DNA of 63,399 nt, counting the filler, from Octopus bimaculoides (lineage: Eukaryota), in the NCBI RefSeq assembly GCF_001194135.2. It is 6 parts of 6 records of this genome, joined end to end, with 100 filler letters (N's around TTAATTAATTAA, not from the genome) between each part and the next. Parts side by side here need not be neighbours in the genome. Positions count along the whole stretch, not along the records: positions 11,475 to 40,605 come from NC_068994.1; 5 more parts are not named here. One strand, 5' to 3'. The position numbers and the translations under genes are program-made. The notes below the pieces were generated by a model that did no database searches, had not been told where the DNA came from, and was given only the letters and a program-made list of their open reading frames with translations. Below, piece by piece: positions 24,916 through 37,681 of the stretch; positions within the stretch are counted from its first letter, which is position 1, and the number at the start of each line of letters is the position of its first letter.

Positions 24916-26029
24916 ACATGTCTTCAGACAGGCTGCATGCAAAGCTTTGCATTTAGGATGAAATGTCAAGCTAATCAAGTGGAGGTTGTTTGTTGAAGAG
25001 GAAGATCAGAGAAGAATTTGAAAACTGATCCCAGGATCTTGAATCTCACAAAGATATCAAGAAACCGGAGCAAGTGCTGAAGTACTGTGAAAATCTGTGC
25101 AACTGTTGCTAGTATATGTAAAAAGAGATGTATGACGTTGATGTAAACATTCACGTACACACACATGCGCACAAAGGTGGATATCGAATACATGACCTAT
25201 AAAATTAAATATGAACAAAAATATACCTCCATTATATTAGGAGGATGTAAAAATTCAATAATTGATTGATTTAATTCCAGGGCAGAAACTTGGTCATTAA
25301 TATATATTCTATCATTTAATAGTGACCAGAGTAAGGCTTCAGCCGTTAATGAATGAATGTACTTTATTACATGTGTTCCCCCCCCTCTTTGTGCATCTAA
25401 TTGAATATATTGTTTAAAGCACAATTCAAATTTGATCCAGTAGATCTATGATCAATGGTGTTTCAGCTCTGACCACCACTGTATTTTTTTTATTGTTTAT
25501 ATTAGTGTCTGACATTGTCTACAGATTCCTTATTTAATTCATTAGGATGCAGTTTGAGGGAAACTCAACTGCTATTTTACTTTATAGTCAAGTGACCATT
25601 GTGGTTGGCTTGTTGTATTGCTTGGAGCACTTTTTACTGTTGTTACTAGCACCATCATAGTATTACTTTTATATATGGTACCAGTAATATTACCATCATA
25701 GTATCACTACTCTGATTGTACCAGTGTTAGTTTGAACAAGGATTTTATTGCATAACACAACCTTGGAGAAATTGCTTCCATAACCACTCTACTAATAAAG
25801 AAAAAAGGGCTTTATCATCATAGGAGGAATGTATGGAAGCAAAATCTATGCAGGTGGCTATTGTTAGAAAGACAAGGGTAATGTGTGATAAAATATAGTG
25901 TGTGGAAAGCAGAGAAGTGGCTCTGTAGAGTGTGTAGGAAATGTATATTGTACATCATTAGATGTACAATATACATTGGGTAGATTCACTGAAAATGTGC
26001 TGTGATAGGGTTATTAACTGATGTAGCTA

Positions 26030-26520
26030 CTATATTTGAATGTATGTTTAGTGTGTGGAGAACTGGACCTTGGAAATGGTGTGAAGTTGGAAGGTATACT
26101 GAAACTGATGGAAAAGGTGTGTGTTGCTATGATTTATGGAAGTGAGATGCAAGGGATGAATAGAGAATGGCAAAAAAAAATGCTGGGAAGAACAAATGAG
26201 ACTGGTCTGGCAGATGTATAGATTCATTGAGAGAGAGAGAGAGAAAGGAAGGAAGGGGAGGTGGTGAAGAGAGTGAATTGCAGGGAATGATAGGGATTGA
26301 ATTGGTAATGGATGCTACAAAAAGAAATGGGATGAAATAGCTGGGTCATGTACTGAGGAAGGATGAAGTTGACTGGGTGATGGGAATGATGGAGATGAAT
26401 GTGGAAGGAAGTGGATGAGGAGGAAGACTGAGAAAGGCAAAGGGATTGGTGATGGGAGTTGAGGATAGGTAAATGGGTGCCACCAACCCTGCAATGCTAA
26501 CTCCTGCTTTAACTGAGAAA
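26030..26520 (+). mobile_element. RTE-clade LINE relic, heavily degraded
   Basis: Translation gives VCVAMIYGSEMQGMN, a degenerate CVRSAMLYGSETW motif. It is followed by purine-rich decayed sequence and an RTE-like 3' end. Confidence 0.55.
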
Positions 26521-27929
26521 ATAATGTTAAACACTTGTGTCATATAGAGATATGTTGTGACAGAGGAAGACTAATTGAAGGATCTATAAAATTTTGCAAG
26601 GAAATATAATGGGGTGCTTCTTGTTTTTATACTTATGGGAACACTTTAAACTAATTTCTGTGAGCTAAGGAAACAGTTTCCTTGGATCCGAGGTGTTACA
26701 CTCACAAAATACTGCCTTATTTCCTCTATAAATTAATACCCCTACATAAAAAAAAAAAAAAATTTAGTACCTGTTTTGTGAATTTTTTCTCTCTAAATCC
26801 TCTCCTTCAAATACTCATATTGAAATTGATGGGATTAACCATCATTATAGGGAAATGTATGATTTTACTATTTGCAAACACATTTTTCGAGAGAGAATAA
26901 TTAAAAAAAAAAAAAGAATGTATTTTTGACTGCATCTATGCTTTGAAGGGTTTAGCTGAACAAAGTGATCCCAGTATTTCTTTAAGTTTGGTACTAGTAC
27001 TGTCAGTCACTTTAGCTGAACTGCTAAGTTACAGGGACATAAACAAACCAAGTGGTGGAGATACACACGCGTGTGCATGCGCACGCACGCACGCACACTC
27101 ACACGCATGCGCACGCACACAGTGGGCTTTCATAGGCGATTCTACTTAATTTCCATCTATCAAATTGCACCCGTTAGGTATTAATCCATCTGAAGTTATA
27201 GAAGAAAACACTCTTCTAAAGTGATGTACAGTGGGATTGAACCTAGAATGATGTGTGAATGTTGTGAAGCAAACGTGAAACCCAGAAAACTACAATGGCA
27301 TTTGTATTCAGATTTCCCTCTGGAGCAACACTTCAAATGATTGTCTGCATTCAGTAGAATTCTATTCAAATCTAGGATGCTTTATGGGAATATGAAATTA
27401 GTCATACTTAACCCTAGAAGGGCAACATTAAGCTAAGTGACATTAGAAATTACAATGTAAAGCACCATAGCTAAAGGTTCTGGGGCATTTTTGTAAGGCT
27501 GCAATGGTATATTTTGACCCTTTGTACCCTCTCATAGACAGTTTTAGTGGTTCTAAGTTTTTTTCTTTTTAACTCGTTTAACTAATACTATAAAAATAAA
27601 ACCATTGTAGTGATTGCTTTATACCGTGCATTTTGTGTATGTTTGTTTACGTGTATATGTATATAGTTATTTTCATTTATAGCTGGAAGTGGAGATCTCA
27701 TGAATCACATCTGGTGTTGTGTACATGACTCTGTGACGATTCGTCTCTCTCTCTCTGTTTGTTGATCTGTTGCTTTCTCTCTCTCTCTCTTACTCTGTCT
27801 CTGAGTGCCAGTGTGTGTCACTCTGTGTCAGTCTCTTTCTCTATGTTGCTCTGTCTGTCAGTCTGTCTTTCTCTGTTGGTTTCTCTCTTTCTTCCCCTCC
27901 ACTCTCTTGCTGCATCTTAGCCTGTCTGT

Positions 27930-28870
27930 CTTTCTCTGAGTGTTGGCTTGTCCCGCTCTCTCGTCAGAATGTCGGCTTGTCCCTCTCTGAGTGTCGGCTT
28001 GTCCCTCTCTGAGTGTCGGCTTNNNNNNNNNNNNNNNNNNNNNNNNNNNNNNNNNNNNNNNNNNNNNNNNNNNNNNNNNNNNNNNNNNNNNNNNNNNNNN
28101 NNNNNNNNNNNNNNNNNNNNNNNNNNNNNNNNNNNNNNNNNNNNNNNNNNNNNNNNNNNNNNNNNNNNNNNNNNNNNNNNNNNNNNNNNNNNNNNNNNNN
28201 NNNNNNNNNNNNNNNNNNNNNNNNNNNNNNNNNNNNNNNNNNNNNNNNNNNNNNNNNNNNNNNNNNNNNNNNNNNNNNNNNNNNNNNNNNNNNNNNNNNN
28301 NNNNNNNNNNNNNNNNNNNNNNNNNNNNNNNNNNNNNNNNNNNNNNNNNNNNNNNNNNNNNNNNNNNNNNNNNNNNNNNNNNNNNNNNNNNNNNNNNNNN
28401 NNNNNNNNNNNNNNNNNNNNNNNNNNNNNNNNNNNNNNNNNNNNNNNNNNNNNNNNNNNNNNNNNNNNNNNNNNNNNNNNNNNNNNNNNNNNNNNNNNNN
28501 NNNNNNNNNNNNNNNNNNNNNNNNNNNNNNNNNNNNNNNNNNNNNNNNNNNNNNNNNNNNNNNNNNNNNNNNNNNNNNNNNNNNNNNNNNNNNNNNNNNN
28601 NNNNNNNNNNNNNNNNNNNNNNNNNNNNNNNNNNNNNNNNNNNNNNNNNNNNNNNNNNNNNNNNNNNNNNNNNNNNNNNNNNNNNNNNNNNNNNNNNNNN
28701 NNNNNNNNNNNNNNNNNNNNNNNNNNNNNNNNNNNNNNNNNNNNNNNNNNNNNNNNNNNNNNNNNNNNNNNNNNNNNNNNNNNNNNNNTTGGCCCTCTCT
28801 CTCTGAGTGTCGGCTTGGCCCTCTCTCTCTGAGTGTCGGCTTGGCCCTCTCTCTCTGAGTGTCGGCTTGC
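27930..28870. repeat. Minisatellite (22-26 bp, ccctctct(ctct)gagtgtcggcttg) spanning an N gap
   Basis: The same unit lies on both sides of the 28023-28788 gap. Confidence 0.9.
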
Positions 28871-29372
28871 CCTCCTCTCTCCCTCTCGACCTCTCTGTCG
28901 GCCTCTCTCTCCCCCTCTCTGTTCATTTCTCCTTTCTCTCCGTCTGCCTGTCTCTCTGTTAGAAAATGTCGAGCTTTATATAATTGAATTCTCAAGTGTC
29001 ATGCTGAACTGTTTGTACTGTTTAAGTAATGGTGCACTTGTACAGATTATCTTTATAATTTTATTTGTGAATGTGTGTTTTAATTTAGGAAGAAGTGGTA
29101 TAAAAATCCTTCAAATGTAGAGTTGAGTTCATACATTGATTTTGAAATGGGATTTCTTTCAATGTCTTAGTCAATATGGAAAAGTGAATATAAAATGATC
29201 ATGAGGATATTACAACTCAGAAAATTGTCAAATGCAGACATTTCAAAATACACATCTGGTTGTGTATTTCAAAATATGCAACCAGATTATTATAAACTGT
29301 ATAATAATCTGGTTTATTGTATATAAACCAGATTATTAGTATTGCTATGCTGAAGTAAAATCTGTGTGTGGA

Positions 29373-29418
<46 letters not shown>

Positions 29419-29662
29419 CATCCTCCAAATTTGGGCAGCATGGCCGTGTGGTAAGAAGCTTGCTTTCCAACCGCACAGTTTCAGGATCAGTCCCACCACG
29501 TGGCACCTTGGGCAAGTGTCTTCTGCTATATCCTCTAGCTGAACAAAACCTTAAGTGGATTTGTTAGACAGGATCTGAAAGAAGCCTGGTGTGCCCCAGC
29601 ATGACTACAACCTCTGGGATGAAACAAAAAATAAAAGAATGTGTGTGTGTGTGTGTGTGTCA

Positions 29663-29721
29663 GCAGCTATCGAACGCCGACGAAGGGAAATAACCCTGAA
29701 ATCCGGATCTGTTCGTGCTGC
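29663..29721 (+). ncRNA. Putative minimal type I hammerhead ribozyme
   Basis: Helix I is gcagc..cgaacg / tgttcg.gctgc. The core is CCGACGA (consensus CUGANGA). Helix II is aggg-aaataa-ccct, followed by GAAA and palindromic helix III ATCCGGAT. The cleavage triplet is AUC, with the cut after 29709. Confidence 0.75.
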
Positions 29722-32589
29722 AGATCGTGGTGAGAGGGATAACTTCCCTTGGCAAACAGGACACAGTCGTGTGTCGATAAGCCAGCTGGAGGAGATGTCC
29801 TCCTGGGGCTAAAAGCAACAGTAACATCCACCCCTAGGGGTCAGCCACACTTAAGTGGCGATATACTACACTTTATCGNNNNNNNNNNNNNNNNNNNNNN
29901 NNNNNNNNNNNNNNNNNNNNNNNNNNNNNNNNNNNNNNNNNNNNNNNNNNNNNNNNNNNNNNNNNNNNNNNNNNNNNNNNNNNNNNNNNNNNNNNNNNNN
30001 NNNNNNNNNNNNNNNNNNNNNNNNNNNNNNNNNNNNNNNNNNNNNNNNNNNNNNNNNNNNNNNNNNNNNNNNNNNNNNNNNNNNNNNNNNNNNNNNNNNN
30101 NNNNNNNNNNNNNNNNNNNNNNNNNNNNNNNNNNNNNNNNNNNNNNNNNNNNNNNNNNNNNNNNNNNNNNNNNNNNNNNNNNNNNNNNNNNNNNNNNNNN
30201 NNNNNNNNNNNNNNNNNNNTCTGTGTTTGGACCCCACCACTGTGTTTATGTTCCTGTAACTTAGCAGTTTGGCAAAAGAGACTGATAGAATAAGTAACAG
30301 TCTAAAAGGAAAACAAAAAATACAGGGGTTGGTTCATTCAACAAAAAGATTTCTTTAAGGCACTTCCCCAGCGTGGTTGCAGTCTAACGACTGAAATGAG
30401 TAAAAGATAAATCTGCTAAAATATTTCTAAGGTGAGGATTAATGTGACATCCTGGCTGACATGTGTGACTGTGTAAAGCTAGTTGATTAAGAAAGTATTA
30501 ATAAAAATACTAGATTTCTTTTAGTAGCTAGCTGAATATGAATCCCTATAAATATTGTCCTTGTTCTTAGTTGTAGACTGTTAGTTTGTATTTATAAAGC
30601 TGAAATAGTAATTTATCAAGTCAGTATATTTTAATGAACTACAAATGATATAGAGCCAGTAAGCATTGTGTGGAAGTGAGATTGATCTGTATGGGAGTTT
30701 AGTTTGTTGTGTGTAACTTCTCTTTCCCTTGCCATAAGTGATGGTCTCTTGCTGTGTGTGTGTGTGTGTGTTTCATTTGAGTGAAGTGTTCCTGTCCCAG
30801 AAGCTGAATGCCTGCCAGTATGTTTTGAACTCTTGAGCTGTTAGCTTCACTACTTTTCTCTGTTCAGTCAGTTGAACTATAGCAAACTTTCTGGTCTCTT
30901 GAAGAAAGACATTAAATCTTTTGTGTGTATGCATGTTTCTATTAATTGAAAAAATGAGGAAAAAGTGGTGGTGGTCGTGTGTTTTACCGTCACGTGTGAG
31001 CATGTGTTTAATGAGGGGAGTGCATTATGTGAGAAGTGTGTCTGGAGGGCAGTGTGTGTGTGTATTTTTGTTGAAGTGTAATCAGGTTGTTTGACATAAT
31101 TCACAGGATTTAATATTTCAGTGGTTCACATGTCAACATAATGCAGCAGCAGCAGTAGTAGTAGTAGTACTGGTGTTGGCGGTGGTCTTTTTTGAAATTC
31201 CTGTTTATATTTATAGAAATAACATAAAATCAATATAGGTTTGGCTGTTTATCAACCTGGAACTTGCTGTTGCCATAAACTATTGGTACAGTATTGTTGT
31301 AGGTACCACTACAACTACCGTTGACGTTATCCAGTACTGCTGATGGTCCCAATACTACTTGGTAGTTTCATGACCGCTACTACTGTTCATGGTGTTGTAG
31401 GTACCACTGTCAATTGTTAGTAATACCATAGCTATGACAGCCACAATCTAGTGCTGCTACAGGTTCCACTGTCACTTGTTAGTTAGAATTACTGTAGCAA
31501 CCATACTACAATTTGCTATAGGTATTTGTGTGAAAAGATGGAAAATATCTGTACAATATTTCGTCTTTAGGAAGTTTCTTTATTATTTTGTTCATGACTT
31601 CGGCTAGTAATGATGTAACCATGACACATGCATTGACCTGCCACAGGGGTTATCATGTTATAAAATGCTTATCTATGTATTTACTTAACACTAAAATATG
31701 TCCAGTACATGTAAGTGACACTCCTATAACAAGATTAAAGAAATATAAATTTGAGCACACCAGGTTAGCAGTCACTGACATTCGAATAATGGAATAACAG
31801 AGATTTAACATTACTTATGACTTTTTTTTCCTATTTTTTTTTTGCCAACCTTCAGAATTGGTGATAAATTATCCCAGCATGAATGCTTGTAGCAGTGTGC
31901 TCAATTAAACACACTTGAAGGTTAGGCGGTGGCTTTTTGCCATTTAGCATTTAAACTGACCAGGTCTGGCCTTTCACACCTTTCACACAATGTCATTCAA
32001 AGCAGCAATCATCCTCAATATCTCAAAGCTACAGTATAATGCATGATTAATTCAAAACACTGAATAAATAAGCTATACAACATATGACAGTAATGTGAAT
32101 GCTAAAGGATTAAAACCAAGTGAGGGATTAAATCTGCTCTCCAGTAGAGATTCCTCCAACAGACTCCTATACAGTTTTTGCCTATCAAATTTTCAACAAG
32201 TACACATTAGGTGATGTTCTAATTGTTCATGGCTGGAATGTTTAACATTTATTTTTTCTCAATGAAGGTTGATCTGAGTCTAAGAAATGGCTATGTAAAC
32301 ACGCACGCATGCACGCACGCACGCATGCACGCATGCACGCACGCACGCATGCACGCACACGCGCGCGTGCTCTGTAGCATCCAATCCTGTCAAAAAATGC
32401 TTTCTGCCATCTTTAAATTACACACACGACTGAGAAAATGTAGTTGTTTAGTCTCAAGTCAGCCAATCCCAGAACAAAATGTTCCATATGTGACCATCCT
32501 GTCCATGTATATTCTGCAATTCTTTTACTCGTTTGTAATAAGACTGCAGCCTTGATGGCTTTAACCATTCAAATCTATCCCAATATTTA

Positions 32590-32960
32590 AGTCTACTCTT
32601 TTACTTGTTTCAGTCATTTGACTGTGGCCATGCTGGAGCACCTAGTACATAACCTATCAATTTCTTTTTACCATACTAAGTTTCAAGAACATAAACGACA
32701 CATTAAGGTGGTGCCCCAGCATGGTTGCAGTTTAATGACCGAAATACGTAAAAGATGAAAGATAAATACCAGTTGTCGAACAATAAAAGACGAACACAAA
32801 TATTCACACACACACACACACACAAAATGAGCTTCTGCCCAGTTCCTGTCTATCAAACCCACATTGGTTGGCCTAGAGTTAAGGTGCTTGCTCAGTGAAA
32901 CTGAAACCATGTAGTTTGCAAAGCAAACTTCTTAACCACACAACCATGCCTGCAAGTATA
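32590..32960 (-). mobile_element. Decayed SINE family B fragments
   Basis: Tail fragments (ttactt...gtcatttgactg...catgctggagcacc) and a head remnant (cttcttaaccacacaaccatgcc). Confidence 0.65.
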
Positions 32961-33312
32961 TCAACAGTTACATTGTTATAATGTAAGCCTATATTTGAAG
33001 AGGATTTCAGCTGCTATTTCCAACAGGTTAAGAGACAGTAATAAAGGCTTTCTCATTGGTTTGAGCATCTTGTGTTGTTGCTTGCTCAACGTAGCAGTCA
33101 AATCTGCCCAAAATACTGATATCATTTCCAGCACAATGATAATATTAGCCAGTGATTGAGATCCTACATTATCAATCAATTTGCCCAACTTCAAGGCATC
33201 ATGTCTTAAATCTTGAGTCATGTGTTGACTCTCTGCCTCTGCCAACTAGTTGCATATCTCTTTCACTCAAGCCCACCCAATTCCTCATTACACATACTGA
33301 GTCTTTCCTATA

Positions 33313-33343
<31 letters not shown>

Positions 33344-33379
33344 TTGTATATATATATGTGACATGTATAAATATCTGTG

Positions 33380-33417
<38 letters not shown>

Positions 33418-36400
33418 AAGGGCATCCAGCTATTGAGACAATGCCAGAACTGATAATGGTGCCTGGTGTGTGCCCCCTCTCATCCCCGGTCTTACCAACT
33501 CTGGTGAAACCACCATGGAAAACTGACATTAAATGATGATGATCTATGTTTGTTTGTGGCCTTGACTAGGTGATGCTTGTAATTGAGCAACATTGTCATG
33601 CAAGTGAGGTTATTTGTTTCCAGTCTTTCATGAAAAACTTGTCTGGTCATGAGCAAATATTGCCTTAGAAACAAGTGAGGGTTGATGACAAGAAAGGCAG
33701 ATGGATGAGACAAATTTTGTCTGATCCATGCAAGCGGATATTAAATGCTGATGGTACCCAAGCTTGTGGAGGTGTAGGTTGTTACGTTTAAGTCAGTTAC
33801 TTTTGTACCAGATGTTGAATCAGCAACATAGCCCGTAAAAAATACGTTGTATACAGATGACTAAAGCTCAATATATTCTTATAATTTGCTCTAATGATCC
33901 ACATCCCTCACCATAGCAACTATCACTATGTTGTATACTTAGATGTATGTGTCTACATACTTACTTATACATTTTTGTGTTGGTTCATACATGCAGTTGT
34001 GTGTGCACGTGCGTGCGCACAGCTGCACTGTATGAACTATTTAATAATTCAACGATGGCTGTGTAGTTAAAAAGTTCTCTTTACAGCTATATAGTTTTGT
34101 TCAATCCCACTGTGTGGCATTATGAGATGGTGTCTTCTACCGCAGCCTCAGGTTAATCCATGTCTTGTGAGCGAAACTTTGTATGTAAAGATTGTATGGA
34201 AGTCTGTTGGAGGGTCCCGGTTTTGAATGGCAGATTTAATCCATCACCTTGTTTTGTGCACACCCCAAGCTCTTGGGTGACTTTTGCGAAGCAGACTCTT
34301 GCAAGAATTTGGGTTAAGTCTTCAGCCTGTCTTCTCACCAATGTTGGAGTCTTAGTAAAGGTTTAAGTAGTACACTTTGTTGTTTAACTATGTCAGTGGT
34401 GGCAAACCTTTTAGTTTCTTTAATAATCCTGTTATTGGAGTGTTACATATACTCTCTGTAGGTAGTTTCATTTTAGCTGTTTGCCTGTCCCATATCATGT
34501 GTGATACTCAGGATATATTTCCATGGCACCCATGCATCATATGATATATATTCCTGATTTTTCAATCATTGCAGTAATTTGGAACTTGAGAAAGGAAACT
34601 TTATATTACTCAGAATGTATGAAAGAAAGGCTAACTAAAAGTTTAAAAACAAGCATGGACATTGAAGACAAACTCAACAAAATGTTTTGGCTAGGCAAAG
34701 GGTTAGGTAAACACCTAAAGATCAGCTTCTTGATTGAAGGGTGATTTGGTTGTTATTTCTAACAGGTTGTGATAGTGGAGATGTTGGTGCTGGCTTGTGT
34801 AGTATTGTTTTTTTTTTTTTGCTATTGTTTGTTACATAAGAAATTTAGAATCACAGTAGATTTGTTTTTGATCCACTTTATACAACAGAAAACAAAATGT
34901 AGTGGTCCTAATGAATCTCTAGAAGAATTAACTTCATTGACTCGTGTCGAAAAGTGTGGCTGGTTTGATTTGGGATTCCAGTTGGCTCTTGTAATTTTAT
35001 TTCATAATCAGGGGCCATTTNNNNNNNNNNNNNNNNNNNNNNNNNNNNNNNNNNNNNNNNNNNNNNNNNNNNNNNNNNNNNTTGATCAAGAATGTTTTTG
35101 TGTGTATGTGTATATGTATGTATGTATGTGTGTGTTGGTAAGCTTTATTTACTTAATGCTTTTCCTGTTTTTAATAAATGTGATTTATTGAAAATTATAG
35201 TAAATGTCATATTTTAATTTTTTAATTTTATTGATATTTGGTGATTTTTAAACAATGTGAAGTTGAAAGCTATGGTTGATTGAATCAATATGATGATGGC
35301 CTCTGGCCAACAGTAATCATTGTTGCTATCATCATCATCATCATCATCATCATCAAGATTATCTTTGATGCAACTAAGACCCAAATCAGTCTTAATTAAG
35401 TAGAGCTATGATCAAAACCATTCAAAAGATAATTCTTTTTTGTTTTTTTAGATAATGTACTCTGGAGTACATTACCCAGTTTTTTTTAAAGACAGTGATG
35501 GGATTTGTGGGAGATATTGCAGCTATTTCTAGCAAGTTATGTAACTATGGAAAGGCTTCCTCATTGGCTTGTCTAGATGTTCCTATTGCTGCCATCATAA
35601 TGAGCACTGGGGGCAGAGCCAGCATTGCTGTCATTACTGTTCTCATTATTACTTTTTGCATCATCATCGATGACCTCATAACCACATAGTCAGTACTGCA
35701 CTAACTTAACCTCATTCTTTGTGATTTGCCATAAATTTGTACTTTATATTAAGAACTTTAGCATTCATATTACTCTGTTAAATATAATGCTTATTTATCC
35801 ACATTGTTTTGAATTAATCATGTATTCATTATCTTGTTATGAGATTTTGATGACATAACTGTAATTTTTTAGAACGATATTGTAGAATTAGTGTGAGAAA
35901 CCACATCTAGCCCGTTTGAACATAAAACAGGTAGAATGCTGAAGAGTTAAACTTCTGATTTCCAGTTTAATCCCAATTTCTCATTGTTTAATTCTAATTT
36001 CCCACTCTTATGGGGCTAATACTAATTTCTCATTCTCTTAGGCTCTTCTCTCTCTATGGCGCATCGACTAATTTTCTCCATTGTTCTTAACTCTGGGCTG
36101 TTTTTTCTGTCTCTTTCCTGTTGGATCTTTGCTTTTTCAGCTATTCCTTTTGGATTTTGCTGCACTGTAAGGCCTTAAGAGTAGGCCTTCCTCTCTCCGG
36201 TCTTGTTGGTTTCGAATTGTCATCAATGTTTTTGTAATTTTGTTTCTTTTTTAGGTAGGGGTATTGGCCCTATGTAAATTGTTTTACCTCAGGGAAGAGG
36301 TGGTCAATATTAGTCTGGCCTCTATCCTTTGATCTGCCCATCATGGGAGGTTCTATCAGTAGCTTGCACTCTACTCTCACACCACAGTTATGACTAGACC

Positions 36401-37643
36401 TTTTGGTGGAATTTCTCATGGATTCATACTAATTTCTCATAAATTAATATTAATTAGCAGGACCTGTGGGGCTAAGTAATGGAAGAAAAAAAACTTAACT
36501 ACACATTTCACTCACCACCACATCTCCCTCCTCCTACCCCATCCCTGCCATCTCCCTCCTCCTACCCCATCCCTGCCATCTCCATCCCTGCCATCTCCAT
36601 CCTCCTCCCCCATCTCTGCCATCTNNNNNNNNNNNNNNNNNNNNNNNNNNNNNNNNNNNNNNNNNNNNNNNNNNNNNNNNNNNNNNNNNNNNNNNNNNNN
36701 NNNNNNNNNNNNNNNNNNNNNNNNNNNNNNNNNNNNNNNNNNNNNNNNNNNNNNNNNNNNNNNNNNNNNNNNNNNNNNNNNNNNNNNNNNNNNNNNNNNN
36801 NNNNNNNNNNNNNNNNNNNNNNNNNNNNNNNNNNNNNNNNNNNNNNNNNNNNNNNNNNNNNNNNNNNNNNNNNNNNNNNNNNNNNNNNNNNNNNNNNNNN
36901 NAACGGAGGAACAAGCAGAGATATATTATTTCCCATGGCTTAATTCTAATTTGTCATGATTTGATTCTAATTTCTCAGTTTTAGTACAGAGCTTTTGAAA
37001 TTTAATTTTCAAAGATAATTTTCAACTACTTGCATTACTGACTGCACGGTTATGTGTTCAAATTTTTCAATCGATCACCAATCCTGGGACTGACAATCAG
37101 ATTGGCAGCCTCACAACGGAATGATTAGAAAGTAAAGAAAAGAGTGTGTTCAGGCTTTACAACAGTCATGATGCTGTTTAATTTGCTACAATAAGTCAAA
37201 TCTCAAATCACACCCAACTGACTGACTGTTGGACCAAGCCTGAAAAAGAAAAAAGAAAAAGGGGCAGGTCATAGGTGGAATTGCCTTTTTGATCACAGGA
37301 CTGTCTACCTGAGGCTAAATAACAACAAGAACAGGACGCATAAACCCTGCTTGTCTCTATTTGCCTGCCTGGCACCTACTTGATTGCTGGTTAGTAGTAG
37401 AAAGGCAATAGCAGACTTGCAGCAGTCGCAACAATATGCCACTCTGCAAATTTATATCCAAACTAACTGTCCCACCCATGCAAAATATATAGAACATGAA
37501 AAATCAGAAACCAAATGTAAATTTCTTGTATAAATGCCAAAACATTGAACAAACAAAAGATGAGAAAAGAAATTTCCTTATTTTGCCAATTCTTCATTGA
37601 GTTTGGCACAGGAAGCTGGTTTGCTTTCTCAGCAACAGATGAA

Positions 37644-37681
<38 letters not shown>

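Noticed and set aside
24960-25200. Coding-looking purine-rich stretch beside the maT relic
   Set aside because: It has stops in all plus-strand frames and no recognisable family.
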